From: Candidatus Parcubacteria bacterium
GTDB lineage: Bacteria; Patescibacteriota; Minisyncoccia; Phycocordibacterales; Phycocordibacteraceae
Reading direction: 5' to 3'
Length of the DNA: 64,000 nt
Assembly (NCBI GenBank): GCA_034666125.1
Contig: JAXDML010000010.1
Coordinates: 150,037-214,036, forward strand
Numbering within the stretch: position 1 is the first letter of the stretch; every line of letters starts with the position of its first letter. This document shows, one piece after another, positions 45,996 through 54,991 of this stretch. The position numbers and the translations under genes are program-made. The notes under the pieces were generated by a model that saw only the letters and a list, made by a program, of their open reading frames with translations, was not told the DNA's origin and searched no databases.

Positions 45996-46607
45996 TCAAG
46001 TAAGGGGTTGCGACTCCCCTACCTTCAAATTTGGAAGGAATGTGTTGAAAATAGAAAGCCTAAAACTATCTGAGAAATGCTTCCATTCTTCCATTAAGGA
46101 TCGGAGAGTCTCGAAGCCCGCTTTTATAAGAAGCTGGTCTCTCTCGTCGTCAGGATTCTTGCCACCGTGAAAGAGGTTATTTCGTATTGAATGCCAGAAC
46201 TCAATCATATTTCTCCAGTCTTCCAGATTACGAATCCTTCCCTGTTGGTCACAAAAATGACTTTCCTGGTCCTGTACGTTCTGACAGTCACAATCCCAGT
46301 ACCAGATCGCATGAACATCGTCCGTATTTTTGTCGAGCTCGCCCAAGGGACGTTCATCCAGCTCATTTTTAATAGACTGCCAAGACTGCTGAAGATGGTT
46401 ATCCCTAGCAACTAAGTCAAGGTACATATTTCGCACCTCTGCATCGTATTTAAGAGCTCGAATTGCGCTTGAGTCTGTCACTCTGTTTGTAAACTTAATT
46501 CGCTTCAAATATGCAATAAATGCCAGGTACTCGAAAACATACTTTGAAAAGTAGTCCTCACTACCGGCCTGGGCGTGCCAACTTCTTATTAATTGTTCGA
46601 AGTCCAT
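45996..46607 (-). CDS. HEPN-like protein
   Basis: R-x4-H motif IRNNLFHGGK; N-terminal FSKYVFEYLAF helix. Confidence 0.65.
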   Translation of the reverse strand: MDFEQLIRSWHAQAGSEDYFSKYVFEYLAFIAYLKRIKFTNRVTDSSAIRALKYDAEVRNMYLDLVARDNHLQQSWQSIKNELDERPLGELDKNTDDVHAIWYWDCDCQNVQDQESHFCDQQGRIRNLEDWRNMIEFWHSIRNNLFHGGKNPDDERDQLLIKAGFETLRSLMEEWKHFSDSFRLSIFNTFLPNLKVGESQPLT

Positions 46608-46616
46608 TAGCAGTCT

Positions 46617-47066
46617 CTACTTAATTGATAGGTTAAAGATTCTCCTTGTAATCCAAATACAGCGTCCAGTTTTTATAATAACTAAAAAAACAATGGCCAA
46701 GAACATGAACATTTCTACCTTCGGAGATGCGTCTATGTTTAGTACCTCTCTTAGGATCAGAATAATAACTCCAAAGGATATCCAAAAAAGTGCGTTTACA
46801 ATTATATCCATTACAGTTCGAAACGACTTTGTCTTTTTGAAATAAACTAATTTTTCACTGTCGTTAAAAGAGAAAATTATAGCCATGAAAGCCATAACAA
46901 ACCCCAAGAGTCCAATCAGTGACTCAGTCATATTAAGTAAAAACTCGTTGCTTAACGAGGAAGACAAATTGAAACGGAATAAGAAATACGTTATTCCACC
47001 CGCGCATAGAAAAGTGAGTAAGGTATCTATAGGCTGAAAGAATTTTTGATACCAATTCTTTAACAT
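46617..47066 (-). CDS. Four-TM membrane protein
   Basis: Four hydrophobic helices; 3 bp downstream of preceding gene. Confidence 0.75.
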   Translation of the reverse strand: MLKNWYQKFFQPIDTLLTFLCAGGITYFLFRFNLSSSLSNEFLLNMTESLIGLLGFVMAFMAIIFSFNDSEKLVYFKKTKSFRTVMDIIVNALFWISFGVIILILREVLNIDASPKVEMFMFLAIVFLVIIKTGRCIWITRRIFNLSIK

Positions 47067-47069
47067 ATT

Positions 47070-47990
47070 TTATTCACCTATAATACTTAGAAGATCGCCC
47101 CGCTTCTTTTTGTAGGCAGCGCAGATATTTTCGAACATATCTTTCGGGTCAACTTCTCGAGCGTTGTTTAATTTAGTAGTTCTAACTTCGTACACCATTT
47201 TGTCTTTGAGGAGGTCAAAGTCTTGAATTTTTTGTGTCTGAGAGTCCCAGGCTTTGATATTAAAACGATCAAATTGCTCACCGGGGTAGAAACGTCCCAC
47301 ATACCCCTTTAAGTTTTTAAGGAATGTCTTTCGTTCAGTGCCCTTAAGAATCGGCTTCCTGCCGTTCTTTTTTGGTCTTAGTACTAGTTCGATTTCTTCC
47401 AAATCTCCAAAGGAAGACGCAGTCCTGAGGGATGAATAAAGATTCGAGTCCAGATTTTTTATACTGTCGACGTGATTCTTATGTACCATTAGGGAGATTG
47501 ATGTAATATCTCCCATTCTACTAATTTGTCGGAGCGCGTCCTTATTAAATAGAATATTAAAGTATAAGAAAAGTGGATTCTTTACTCCAATATTTACGTT
47601 CTCCATCTTTTCGTTCAGATACTTAGCAAGTGTGCCAATGCGCGGTCCATAAAAGTTATATTCCATAGCTACGATGCCCTTCTCAGGGAAATACACAAAG
47701 TGTGTAGGTATGACCAGACCCTCGCTATCTTTAAGTTTTAGGGGATGAACTTTTGTGTCGTCAACCGACGCGACAGAAGGAAAGTCACTACCTCTCCATT
47801 CGTATAAACTTCCGTAAATTACCCCCTTGCCCGTGTCTTTTACGGTGCAGAATATCTTTCTGTCCCTCTCTCTTTCCCAGAAGATATCTTTTTGATCCAG
47901 TGAACTTAATTCTTTAACAACGTCAACAAAAGTGCCGTTCATAACAGCCGATCGGTAGAAGTAGACCTGTCGCACAACAGTTTCCTTCAT
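47070..47990 (-). CDS. Hypothetical protein resembling DUF6731/DUF4747 families
   Basis: HFVYFP...EYNFYGPRIGTLAKYLN...FDLLKDKM. Confidence 0.6.
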   Translation of the reverse strand: MKETVVRQVYFYRSAVMNGTFVDVVKELSSLDQKDIFWERERDRKIFCTVKDTGKGVIYGSLYEWRGSDFPSVASVDDTKVHPLKLKDSEGLVIPTHFVYFPEKGIVAMEYNFYGPRIGTLAKYLNEKMENVNIGVKNPLFLYFNILFNKDALRQISRMGDITSISLMVHKNHVDSIKNLDSNLYSSLRTASSFGDLEEIELVLRPKKNGRKPILKGTERKTFLKNLKGYVGRFYPGEQFDRFNIKAWDSQTQKIQDFDLLKDKMVYEVRTTKLNNAREVDPKDMFENICAAYKKKRGDLLSIIGE

Positions 47991-48173
47991 GAGGCCTTCA
48001 TTTTACCACCAGGGTGAATCTTGTACAGACGGACCCAATGTCAAGCCTTTAAAAGGCTTGTGAGCTCCTTTCGCTTTGATAGAAACTTTGCTTCTATATT
48101 TCCGTGACTGATTTCAAAACACGTTAGGATCTACTTGACCTAAACTAGGCTGTTTGGCCTGGCGTGGTCTAAA

Positions 48174-48275
48174 AACGCGACAAACATAGAAAACCCGTCA
48201 TCAGGGCGTTTGTCGCGTTATAGGGGTAAACTCCTATAGGGGCTTCGGCCCTACTGGTGGCGGGTTTTGTGTTTG
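48174..48275 (+). promoter_or_regulatory. Box/anti-box hairpin leader D
   Basis: AACGCGACAAAC 48174-48185, complement 48208-48219 inside stem 48181-48204/48254-48275. Confidence 0.6.
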
Positions 48276-48315
48276 CCCACCTCCCCGCCCCGTCTTACTT
48301 CCCTAGTAAACGAAC

Positions 48316-48798
48316 ATGGCACAAGAAACTACTGTTACTGAAGACACTAAGGTCTGTCCGAAATGTGCGACAAATATCCCCAAGCAAGCAATACGCTGCC
48401 CTAACTGTAGGAGCAAGATAGGAACCTCGAGACTTGGAAAGCTTCTTGCGATCTTCTTCGGGCTCTTCATTGTCATGATGGTCATCTCAGTTCAAAGTGC
48501 CACCCCTACCCCACGAGTCCCTGGACCTGAGACGGAACCGGGCTGGGCTGACTCTGCCGCAGGAAAACTTTGTTCCAAGCACCCTGACTGGCAACCGGAA
48601 GAATGCGTTAAGGTTGCTGGAAAGAAGATCTGGATCGGTATGGACTACGATATGCTCGTATATCAATACGGAAAGCCAGATTCTATAAACCCTTCTAACT
48701 ATGGAGGCGGAACAAGATACCAATACTGTTGGCATGATTACTCCCCTTCTTGCTTTTATGACGAGAATGGGGATAACAAGATAGACGCTTATAACTAA
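48316..48798 (+). CDS. Zinc-ribbon + TM + SmpA/BamE-like domain protein
   Basis: CPKC...CPNC, TM helix, IWIGMD....YGKPD. Confidence 0.7.
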   Translation: MAQETTVTEDTKVCPKCATNIPKQAIRCPNCRSKIGTSRLGKLLAIFFGLFIVMMVISVQSATPTPRVPGPETEPGWADSAAGKLCSKHPDWQPEECVKVAGKKIWIGMDYDMLVYQYGKPDSINPSNYGGGTRYQYCWHDYSPSCFYDENGDNKIDAYN

Positions 48799-48892
48799 GC
48801 TGTTTATAATTATTGGAACAAAGACGCGTGCGTAACGAGTCAATGGAAGTCTTTGGTGAGGAAATTCCCTTATCAGTTAGGTTCCATTGACT

Positions 48893-49258
48893 ATGTCAAC
48901 ATCCATAAAAACGAAGACATACGAGTGTCTTACAAGTGTATTTAGCTCCGAATATATAGAGATTGCGAAAGATCTCTATATACGAATGGTGCGTGACTAT
49001 AGACCAAGTACCTCGGGAGAACTTGCTCTAATTGAGATGGCAGTACGATCTCTCGTACGGTCTATGCATTTATCGAAAGAAATTAGCGGTCAGATAGATT
49101 GGGAAGGCTGCTCGAAGACACGCACGATCGTTTCTTATATAGACCTATTAAGTAAGCAAGTCGATCGAGAAGATAGGAAGTTTATTCAGCTTATAAACGA
49201 GCTCAAGAACTTTACCCCTAGTGTAATTCGACTTAAGGGTACTGTTCTCCCTACTTAA
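48893..49258 (+). CDS. Hypothetical protein
   Basis: Helical ORF with PSTSGELALIEMAV; no function assigned. Confidence 0.5.
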   Translation: MSTSIKTKTYECLTSVFSSEYIEIAKDLYIRMVRDYRPSTSGELALIEMAVRSLVRSMHLSKEISGQIDWEGCSKTRTIVSYIDLLSKQVDREDRKFIQLINELKNFTPSVIRLKGTVLPT

Positions 49259-49368
49259 AATCGTACTAATTCGTTCCGAATAAGGTGAGGTTGATATACT
49301 GGACTCGGTAGGCTATAAGTGGAATAAGGCAGGGACAAAATGTGTTCTAAAATAGACTGATTCTCGAC

Positions 49369-50004
49369 TCACTTGTTTATCTCAAGGAAGATTGTCGCAA
49401 GCAAGTCCATCATGGTGGCAGCCGTAGGTTTAGACTCGGGAGTTTCGGATGCACACGCATTATCTGCCCACAGTCCCTCCTTATTCACTCGTGCTGTTGT
49501 CTCTGCCTCTTTAAACTGAGCCTGGTATTTGTACGGTAAGTTGTATGTATATTCCTGGGCAAACCCTTCCTGGATCATCTTTAAATTAAGGTTAGATCCG
49601 TTTTCAAGAAAAATATATCCAAGTCTCCTATTGTATTTGTCGTAGGTACCCTGGGATGGGTCTGTCTCGACATACACTTTTGCGTCAGTAAGGAGCGCCT
49701 TGGCTCGATTAGAGGCCTCGCGACCAAAACACTCGACCGCTTGAGTTGGATGAACTGTTTCAGGAGTATCTATACCAATGAGTCGGAATGTCTGAACTTC
49801 GTTATCTATGCGAATTTTTACCGTATCTCCATCTACGACGTCAACAACAGAGTAGAGACTGCTAGGTGCTTGGAAGCCTTCCTCAACAGATTGAGTTTGT
49901 TTCGCTACTTCCCCTCCCGATCTATCTGTAAGAAATAGTAAGCCCCCACCAACAAAAAGGATGCCAATGCAACATGCTGTTAATTTTTTGAGAGCCGCAC
50001 TCAT
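49369..50004 (-). CDS. Thermonuclease (SNase) family, membrane-anchored
   Basis: VVDGDTV, RLIGIDTPE, DKYNRRLGY, GLWA. Confidence 0.92.
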   Translation of the reverse strand: MSAALKKLTACCIGILFVGGGLLFLTDRSGGEVAKQTQSVEEGFQAPSSLYSVVDVVDGDTVKIRIDNEVQTFRLIGIDTPETVHPTQAVECFGREASNRAKALLTDAKVYVETDPSQGTYDKYNRRLGYIFLENGSNLNLKMIQEGFAQEYTYNLPYKYQAQFKEAETTARVNKEGLWADNACASETPESKPTAATMMDLLATIFLEINK

Positions 50005-50019
50005 TCCTAGAGTATATCT

Positions 50020-51015
50020 CTAGGGCGTGTGATTCATGGGTAACCGAAATTCACCCATATCCTCCCCTATCTGATACTGAGTGGCAGAAATAACCTTTAA
50101 GTCCCCCAAATCGAGCATTTTGTGATGGTTAGGACATAGCACGAGCATATTTGATGGGAGGTCTGCACCAGGAAGTCGTTTGGCAATTGGCACAATGTGG
50201 GCTACTTCAGAATAAAGGTTTCCGCTTCTCTGTCTGAAGGTAAATCCACAAATTTGGCATTCGTTTTTATACTTCTCCTTCATCCGACGAACGAGAGATA
50301 CGTTGCGCTTAATAACGGTCACCTTCCTGGCTACAGATTCAGGCACGTCATCCGCATGACGTTGCTGCCATTCGAGTAGCAGTGAATCCTCTTCCTTATC
50401 TCGTGTAAGCGCGTCGACCTCCGCGAGTTCACTTGCAGTGAGGTCTTCCTTCCCACTAATACTATCGAGCAAAGCCACGTCTTTTGCCTTAAGTCCAGGA
50501 GAGTATGCGTCGAAGAATGAATCTAGACTTCCGTAAGTTGCATAGATCCTGTCCAAAGCACCTTCACGTAGACTTACGAAACCCTGAACAACCATCTTGT
50601 CGTCATAGGCTCCTAATTCGCGGATAATCTCAAGAGGAAGCTGAATTGGCCGAAGTTCGTCGAGAAAGAATAGGTATTCCCAGGTTTCTTCTTTTTGCGG
50701 GATATTGCCCCACAGAGCTCTCGCGATCTCGGCGCTCTGCTTTTTCAATATACATTTACCCGTATACACAAAAACTCCTTTTGCGTAAAAAAGAACACTG
50801 TCACCCGGTTGCATTTGATCCCAATAGAAGCGCCTCCCTTCTCCACTTCCCCATATATAAAGCTGGTCTTGTACACCCAGAGCCTGCTCTTCCTCGGTCG
50901 AGAGATATTGATGTATATGGTCACGTGGGTAACCGCTGGCAAGCGTTGCAATAAAGTTTGCCTGCGATGTTTCGTTGCTCCGAGGAGCCAGGTATATCTT
51001 TGGACGTTCAGCCAT
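50020..51015 (-). CDS. EVE/PUA-like domain + HNH endonuclease
   Basis: WDQMQPGDSVLFY N-domain; CQICG...EVAHIVP...NMLVLCPNHH. Confidence 0.8.
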   Translation of the reverse strand: MAERPKIYLAPRSNETSQANFIATLASGYPRDHIHQYLSTEEEQALGVQDQLYIWGSGEGRRFYWDQMQPGDSVLFYAKGVFVYTGKCILKKQSAEIARALWGNIPQKEETWEYLFFLDELRPIQLPLEIIRELGAYDDKMVVQGFVSLREGALDRIYATYGSLDSFFDAYSPGLKAKDVALLDSISGKEDLTASELAEVDALTRDKEEDSLLLEWQQRHADDVPESVARKVTVIKRNVSLVRRMKEKYKNECQICGFTFRQRSGNLYSEVAHIVPIAKRLPGADLPSNMLVLCPNHHKMLDLGDLKVISATQYQIGEDMGEFRLPMNHTP

Positions 51016-51387
51016 ATTTCCTTGCACAAAGGCTACGCCTGAACCGTAGTATGTCAATCGCCGCTGATTTGAGACAATCTTAAAAACAAAAAGATCACAT
51101 AGCGCGGACACCAACTATGTCTCGGTCCCGGGAACGTATAGCCGAACATGTCGTTCAGCGCATAGCGCATCCGTATTTTCGGAGAAAGGTCGCGGAAGAA
51201 TTTCGGCAGGGCTTCCAGGGTTCTGTCGGTGACGACTTGCTCCATGCCGTGGTTCGCGAGAAGGAAGAAACCCGTAGTCGAGAGGGATTCGCGAACGGCC
51301 TCTGTAAACTAAGCCCCGACCCATTAAAGAAACACCCCGAGCAAGCTCGGGGCGGCTTCCCTATGAGGGAAGACTCTCTTCTCCGCT

Positions 51388-52137
51388 TCACGCGGCCTTC
51401 GAGATCTCCTCGATGGTTCGCATGGCGGCGTCGTAGGGGTCCTTGGCATGGACGATCGGACGGCCGACCACGATGCGATCGGCACCGGCGGCGATGGCCT
51501 GGGCCGGGGTCATGATCCGGTTCCGGTTCTGGTCGCCCGGGTCGAGTGCCCAGATCGGCCGGATCGCCGGGGTATTGATGGTCATCGCGTTGCCGACGAG
51601 CTGCCGCAGCATTGCGGCTTCGGCACCGGAGGCGATCAAACCGTCAACGCCCGCTTCCTTGGCCATCTCCGCGAATTCGGCGACCGCCTGCTCGGTCAGT
51701 TCGCGGCGATACATCCTCGTCACGTCCCTGTCCTCGAGGCCGGTCAGGACCGTCACGCCGAGCACCTCCGTGTCCGGCAGAAGGGCCTTCAGAGCCGCCA
51801 TCCCCTTCACACCGGAGCCGCACATGACCGTGAGCAGGTCAGGACCGGCCTCGCGCAGGAATATGGCGTCGGTCTCGAGGGTCTCGCGGATGTCGCAGAG
51901 CTTCAGGTCCGCGAACACCCTGAGGCCGCGTTCGCGAAGCTCGCCGATCACACCATAGCCGAAAGCCCGGAGCGGCGCGTTCACTTTGAACGTGACGCCG
52001 GTTCTCCCGAGGCAGTCGGCAAGTGCGAGGACCTGCCGGTAAGCGACGGCGACTCCGTCGGGGCCCTCGGGCCTGAAGTCCGCCGCGACGATCAGGCGTT
52101 GTGCCGGCTCCAATGCCGGTCTCCCGTCCTTGCGCAT
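51388..52137 (-). CDS. pyrF: Orotidine-5'-phosphate decarboxylase
   Basis: RLIVAAD, FADLKLCDI..T, GVTVLT, TPAIR, DQ.R, VVGRPI. Confidence 0.93.
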   Translation of the reverse strand: MRKDGRPALEPAQRLIVAADFRPEGPDGVAVAYRQVLALADCLGRTGVTFKVNAPLRAFGYGVIGELRERGLRVFADLKLCDIRETLETDAIFLREAGPDLLTVMCGSGVKGMAALKALLPDTEVLGVTVLTGLEDRDVTRMYRRELTEQAVAEFAEMAKEAGVDGLIASGAEAAMLRQLVGNAMTINTPAIRPIWALDPGDQNRNRIMTPAQAIAAGADRIVVGRPIVHAKDPYDAAMRTIEEISKAA

Positions 52138-52168
52138 TTCGTACCGTTCCTTTCTCGGCCGGTGGCCG

Positions 52169-52831
52169 TCAATCGTAATGGGCGTTGAGGCGGCCCCAAT
52201 TCTCCGCAGATTCCTTCGGCCGAATGGCCTCCGAGCCCTGCGCGCACAACGGGCATTCCTCGGCCGCCCAGATCGGCAGATGCCGGGTGACAAGCGCGAT
52301 AATCTTGCGCCCGTCGACTTCCTCGAGGCCCGACCGGTTCACCAGGACCGCGACGTAGGGCAGGAGATCGCCCAAAGCGCCCGTAATGGCCGTAGCCGCA
52401 CGGTTGACGCTCCCGCCGGTCGTGATCACGTCTTCGCACAGAAGAACGCTGTCGCCGTAGATCGCCTTGGCCTCGTCCTGGCTGAAGACCATGGTCCGCT
52501 CCTCGCCTTCCCCGCTTTTGGCTGGCGAGGACCAGGAGCAGCCGAGCTCGTGGGCGATGAGCTCTGCCAGGTCCGTGGCCCCGGTCTGGGGGCCGACGAC
52601 CCGGTCGATGAGGCAAAGGATTTCGCCCCGACCATCGATGAGCTCGACGAGGTCCTGGGCGGCCAGGTTGAGGAGCGGCTTATCTTCGATGACCAGCTTG
52701 CTGTTGAAGAAGCCGTTCGAATGCTGTCCCGAAGTCAGAAGCGCGTGAGGACGGCGCGGATTGCCGTCGTGGATCCAAAGCGCACCCAGATCCTGGTAGG
52801 CTCGAAGCCACCCGTTCTCGTCTCTATGCAT
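52169..52831 (-). CDS. pyrE: Orotate phosphoribosyltransferase
   Basis: LLTSGQHS..F, PRPP loop CEDVITTGGS; upstream of pyrF. Confidence 0.85.
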   Translation of the reverse strand: MHRDENGWLRAYQDLGALWIHDGNPRRPHALLTSGQHSNGFFNSKLVIEDKPLLNLAAQDLVELIDGRGEILCLIDRVVGPQTGATDLAELIAHELGCSWSSPAKSGEGEERTMVFSQDEAKAIYGDSVLLCEDVITTGGSVNRAATAITGALGDLLPYVAVLVNRSGLEEVDGRKIIALVTRHLPIWAAEECPLCAQGSEAIRPKESAENWGRLNAHYD

Positions 52832-52945
52832 TTCCCTTCCTTCTCGTTTCAAACTGCTGCACGCTTAAGGGCGGTGCAATGCCGATACTCCGGAGATAAC
52901 GATAATAGGATATAGGGGAATTGGCAATACTGACGACTTGAAGCT

Positions 52946-53926
52946 CTAAACGTCCCACACGAAGCCGTTCCCGAAGTGCCCGTACTTCGCGGTCTCCCGG
53001 AATTGCGGTTTTCGAAGACCCAGCGCTTCGATGATCGCCGAAGGGCGCAGATCATATCCCTGGATCCCCTCCTGCACGCCGTCTATGGTTACCACGGCCA
53101 TCAGGGGCTCGGCTACGCCTATGGCGTACGCGAGGTGCGCATACGTCTCCTTCGCGCCGTGCTTGCGGAGATAGTCGACGGCGATGCGGCGCGCCATGTA
53201 GGCGGCACTCCGGTCAACCTTCGTCGCATCTTTGCCCGAGAACGCACCGCCACCGAGAGGGATGTTCGGGCCGTAGTTATCGACCGCAAGCTTCCTGCCC
53301 GTAAGTCCGGTGTCGGCGCCGAACCCTCCGACCAGCCACTCGCCGTTCGGATTCCGTAACCATGCGTCCTTGAGTTCCGTGCCGTCCGCGAGGAAGGGGA
53401 CGATCTCCTTCGCGACGGTTTCCTCAAGCCGTTTGTTGTCCTCATCGGACGGCGCGCAGAACGACGTCACGAAGGCGGTGACGCGGCCCTGATCGACCGT
53501 CACCTGGGCCTTGGCATCGTGCGCTCCCATGGCCTTTGCGAGTTTCCGCGAGAGCATGACCTCGAGCGGCAGGAATTCGGGAGTCTCGCTTGTAGCGTAC
53601 CCGACCATGATGCCCTGGTCGCCGGCGCCGTCCTGGTCGACGCCCTTGCCGATCTCGGTGCTCTGCTCGACGACGTTCACTGCAACGCCGATGTCCTCCG
53701 CATACCCGCACTCGCGATACGTGTCTTTCGCGATCTTGCGGATATTCACCTGTGCCGTCGTGGTGAGCTCTCCCGTCACCGTGATAATGCCGTGACCGCC
53801 GAGGACTTCGACGGCTGCTCGCGTATGCGGATCTTGCGCGAGGCAGGCGTCGAGTACCGCGTCCGATATCTGATCGCACACCTTGTCGGGATGGCCGATG
53901 GAAACTGATTCTGCTGTTCTAATCAT
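52946..53926 (-). CDS. metK: S-adenosylmethionine synthetase (compact)
   Basis: ESVSIGHPDKVCDQISD, GAGDQG, DTGLTGRK, GGAFSGKD.TKVDRS. Confidence 0.96.
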   Translation of the reverse strand: MIRTAESVSIGHPDKVCDQISDAVLDACLAQDPHTRAAVEVLGGHGIITVTGELTTTAQVNIRKIAKDTYRECGYAEDIGVAVNVVEQSTEIGKGVDQDGAGDQGIMVGYATSETPEFLPLEVMLSRKLAKAMGAHDAKAQVTVDQGRVTAFVTSFCAPSDEDNKRLEETVAKEIVPFLADGTELKDAWLRNPNGEWLVGGFGADTGLTGRKLAVDNYGPNIPLGGGAFSGKDATKVDRSAAYMARRIAVDYLRKHGAKETYAHLAYAIGVAEPLMAVVTIDGVQEGIQGYDLRPSAIIEALGLRKPQFRETAKYGHFGNGFVWDV

Positions 53927-53949
53927 AAGGGTAGGTGTTATCTCGAAAA

Positions 53950-54096
53950 TAAAAACTCCCTCCGCAGGGAGGGTCGAGCCGTGATAGCTGTATCTTCCCT
54001 TGCGGGTCGGATGGAGCACCTACTTGGTCACGCGCGGTGACTAAGGGTTGCTGGACGGATCACGGAGCCGATTCTCTACCCGTCGCTCTTGATAAC
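53950..54096 (-). ncRNA. SAM riboswitch (SAM-I / SAM-I-IV clan) with terminator
   Basis: TTATCAAGAG...CAGCAACC...GGTGCT...GAAGATA, 3' TCACGG complementary to CCGTGA, then CTCCCT-gcgg-AGGGAG-TTTTT; upstream of metK. Confidence 0.88.
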
Positions 54097-54148
54097 GATA
54101 TGGAGTTGTACCGGAAGTATAGCATCGTCGGCGGTATACTTAGGAAGT

Positions 54149-54922
54149 ATGAAATGTGTATATTGGATCGTTCCGATGGTCGCGGTCGTTGCACTCGTTC
54201 TCTATATTTACTCGGTAAGAGAAAATCATATGAATACGTCGAAACTGGCAGAGAGCGATAAGGACTTCCCTGTTCAGATCGTCCCGATAGAACATGCGAC
54301 CGCCGTACTGCGCTGGGGTGATACGGTCATCTACACGGATCCGACCGGAGGCGCGGAAGCCTTCGCCGGGCAGCCGCAGGCCGGCATGGTCCTCGTGACC
54401 GACATCCATGGTGATCATCTCGATGCCGATACCCTGGGTGCAGTCATCGGGGACGCCGTGCTTGTCGTCCCGCAGGCGGTTAAGGAACAATTGCCCGAGA
54501 CGTTCGCTTCGCGCGCGCGGGTGCTGCGGAACGGAGAGTCACTTTCAGAAGCAGGCCTTACCGTTACGGCGGTTCCCATGTACAACCTCCCCGAATCCCC
54601 CGACGCCTTCCATACGAAAGGCCGCGGGAACGGATACGTTCTCGAGCGCGACGGCATCCGCGTCTATGTTGCCGGCGATACTGCGGGCATCCCGGAGATG
54701 CGCGCGCTTGAGGATATCGACATCGCGCTTGTGCCCATGAACCTCCCGTACACCATGGACGTCAAAGAAGCGGCCGATGCCGTACTCGCCTTCGCGCCGC
54801 GTACCGTCTATCCGTACCACTACCGCGGCAAGGACGGCTTAAGTGATATAAACCGCTTCAAGGAGCTCGTGAACGCCGGAAACCCGGACATACACGTCGT
54901 GTTTGCGGAGTGGTATCCGTAA
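54149..54922 (+). CDS. MBL-fold metallo-hydrolase with N-terminal TM
   Basis: TDIHGDHLD, YVAGDT, VYPYHY. Confidence 0.88.
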   Translation: MKCVYWIVPMVAVVALVLYIYSVRENHMNTSKLAESDKDFPVQIVPIEHATAVLRWGDTVIYTDPTGGAEAFAGQPQAGMVLVTDIHGDHLDADTLGAVIGDAVLVVPQAVKEQLPETFASRARVLRNGESLSEAGLTVTAVPMYNLPESPDAFHTKGRGNGYVLERDGIRVYVAGDTAGIPEMRALEDIDIALVPMNLPYTMDVKEAADAVLAFAPRTVYPYHYRGKDGLSDINRFKELVNAGNPDIHVVFAEWYP

Positions 54923-54991
54923 ATAGATCGGAAGACACTCTTTATTAATATAAAAAGTTGCCGCCCTGACCGGGGCGGCGCGGTGTGCAGG

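Larger units (their letters stand above)
38700..51120. mobile_element. Lower-GC genomic island / prophage- or satellite-derived remnant without integrase (boundaries approximate)
   Basis: Visible GC drop, small orphan ORFs, nucleases, repeats and structured non-coding DNA. Confidence 0.65.

Noticed and set aside
51054-51245. 63-aa ORF crossing the GC transition, as a gene disrupted by island insertion
   Set aside because: No recognisable family, and no matching other half or target duplication found at the left border
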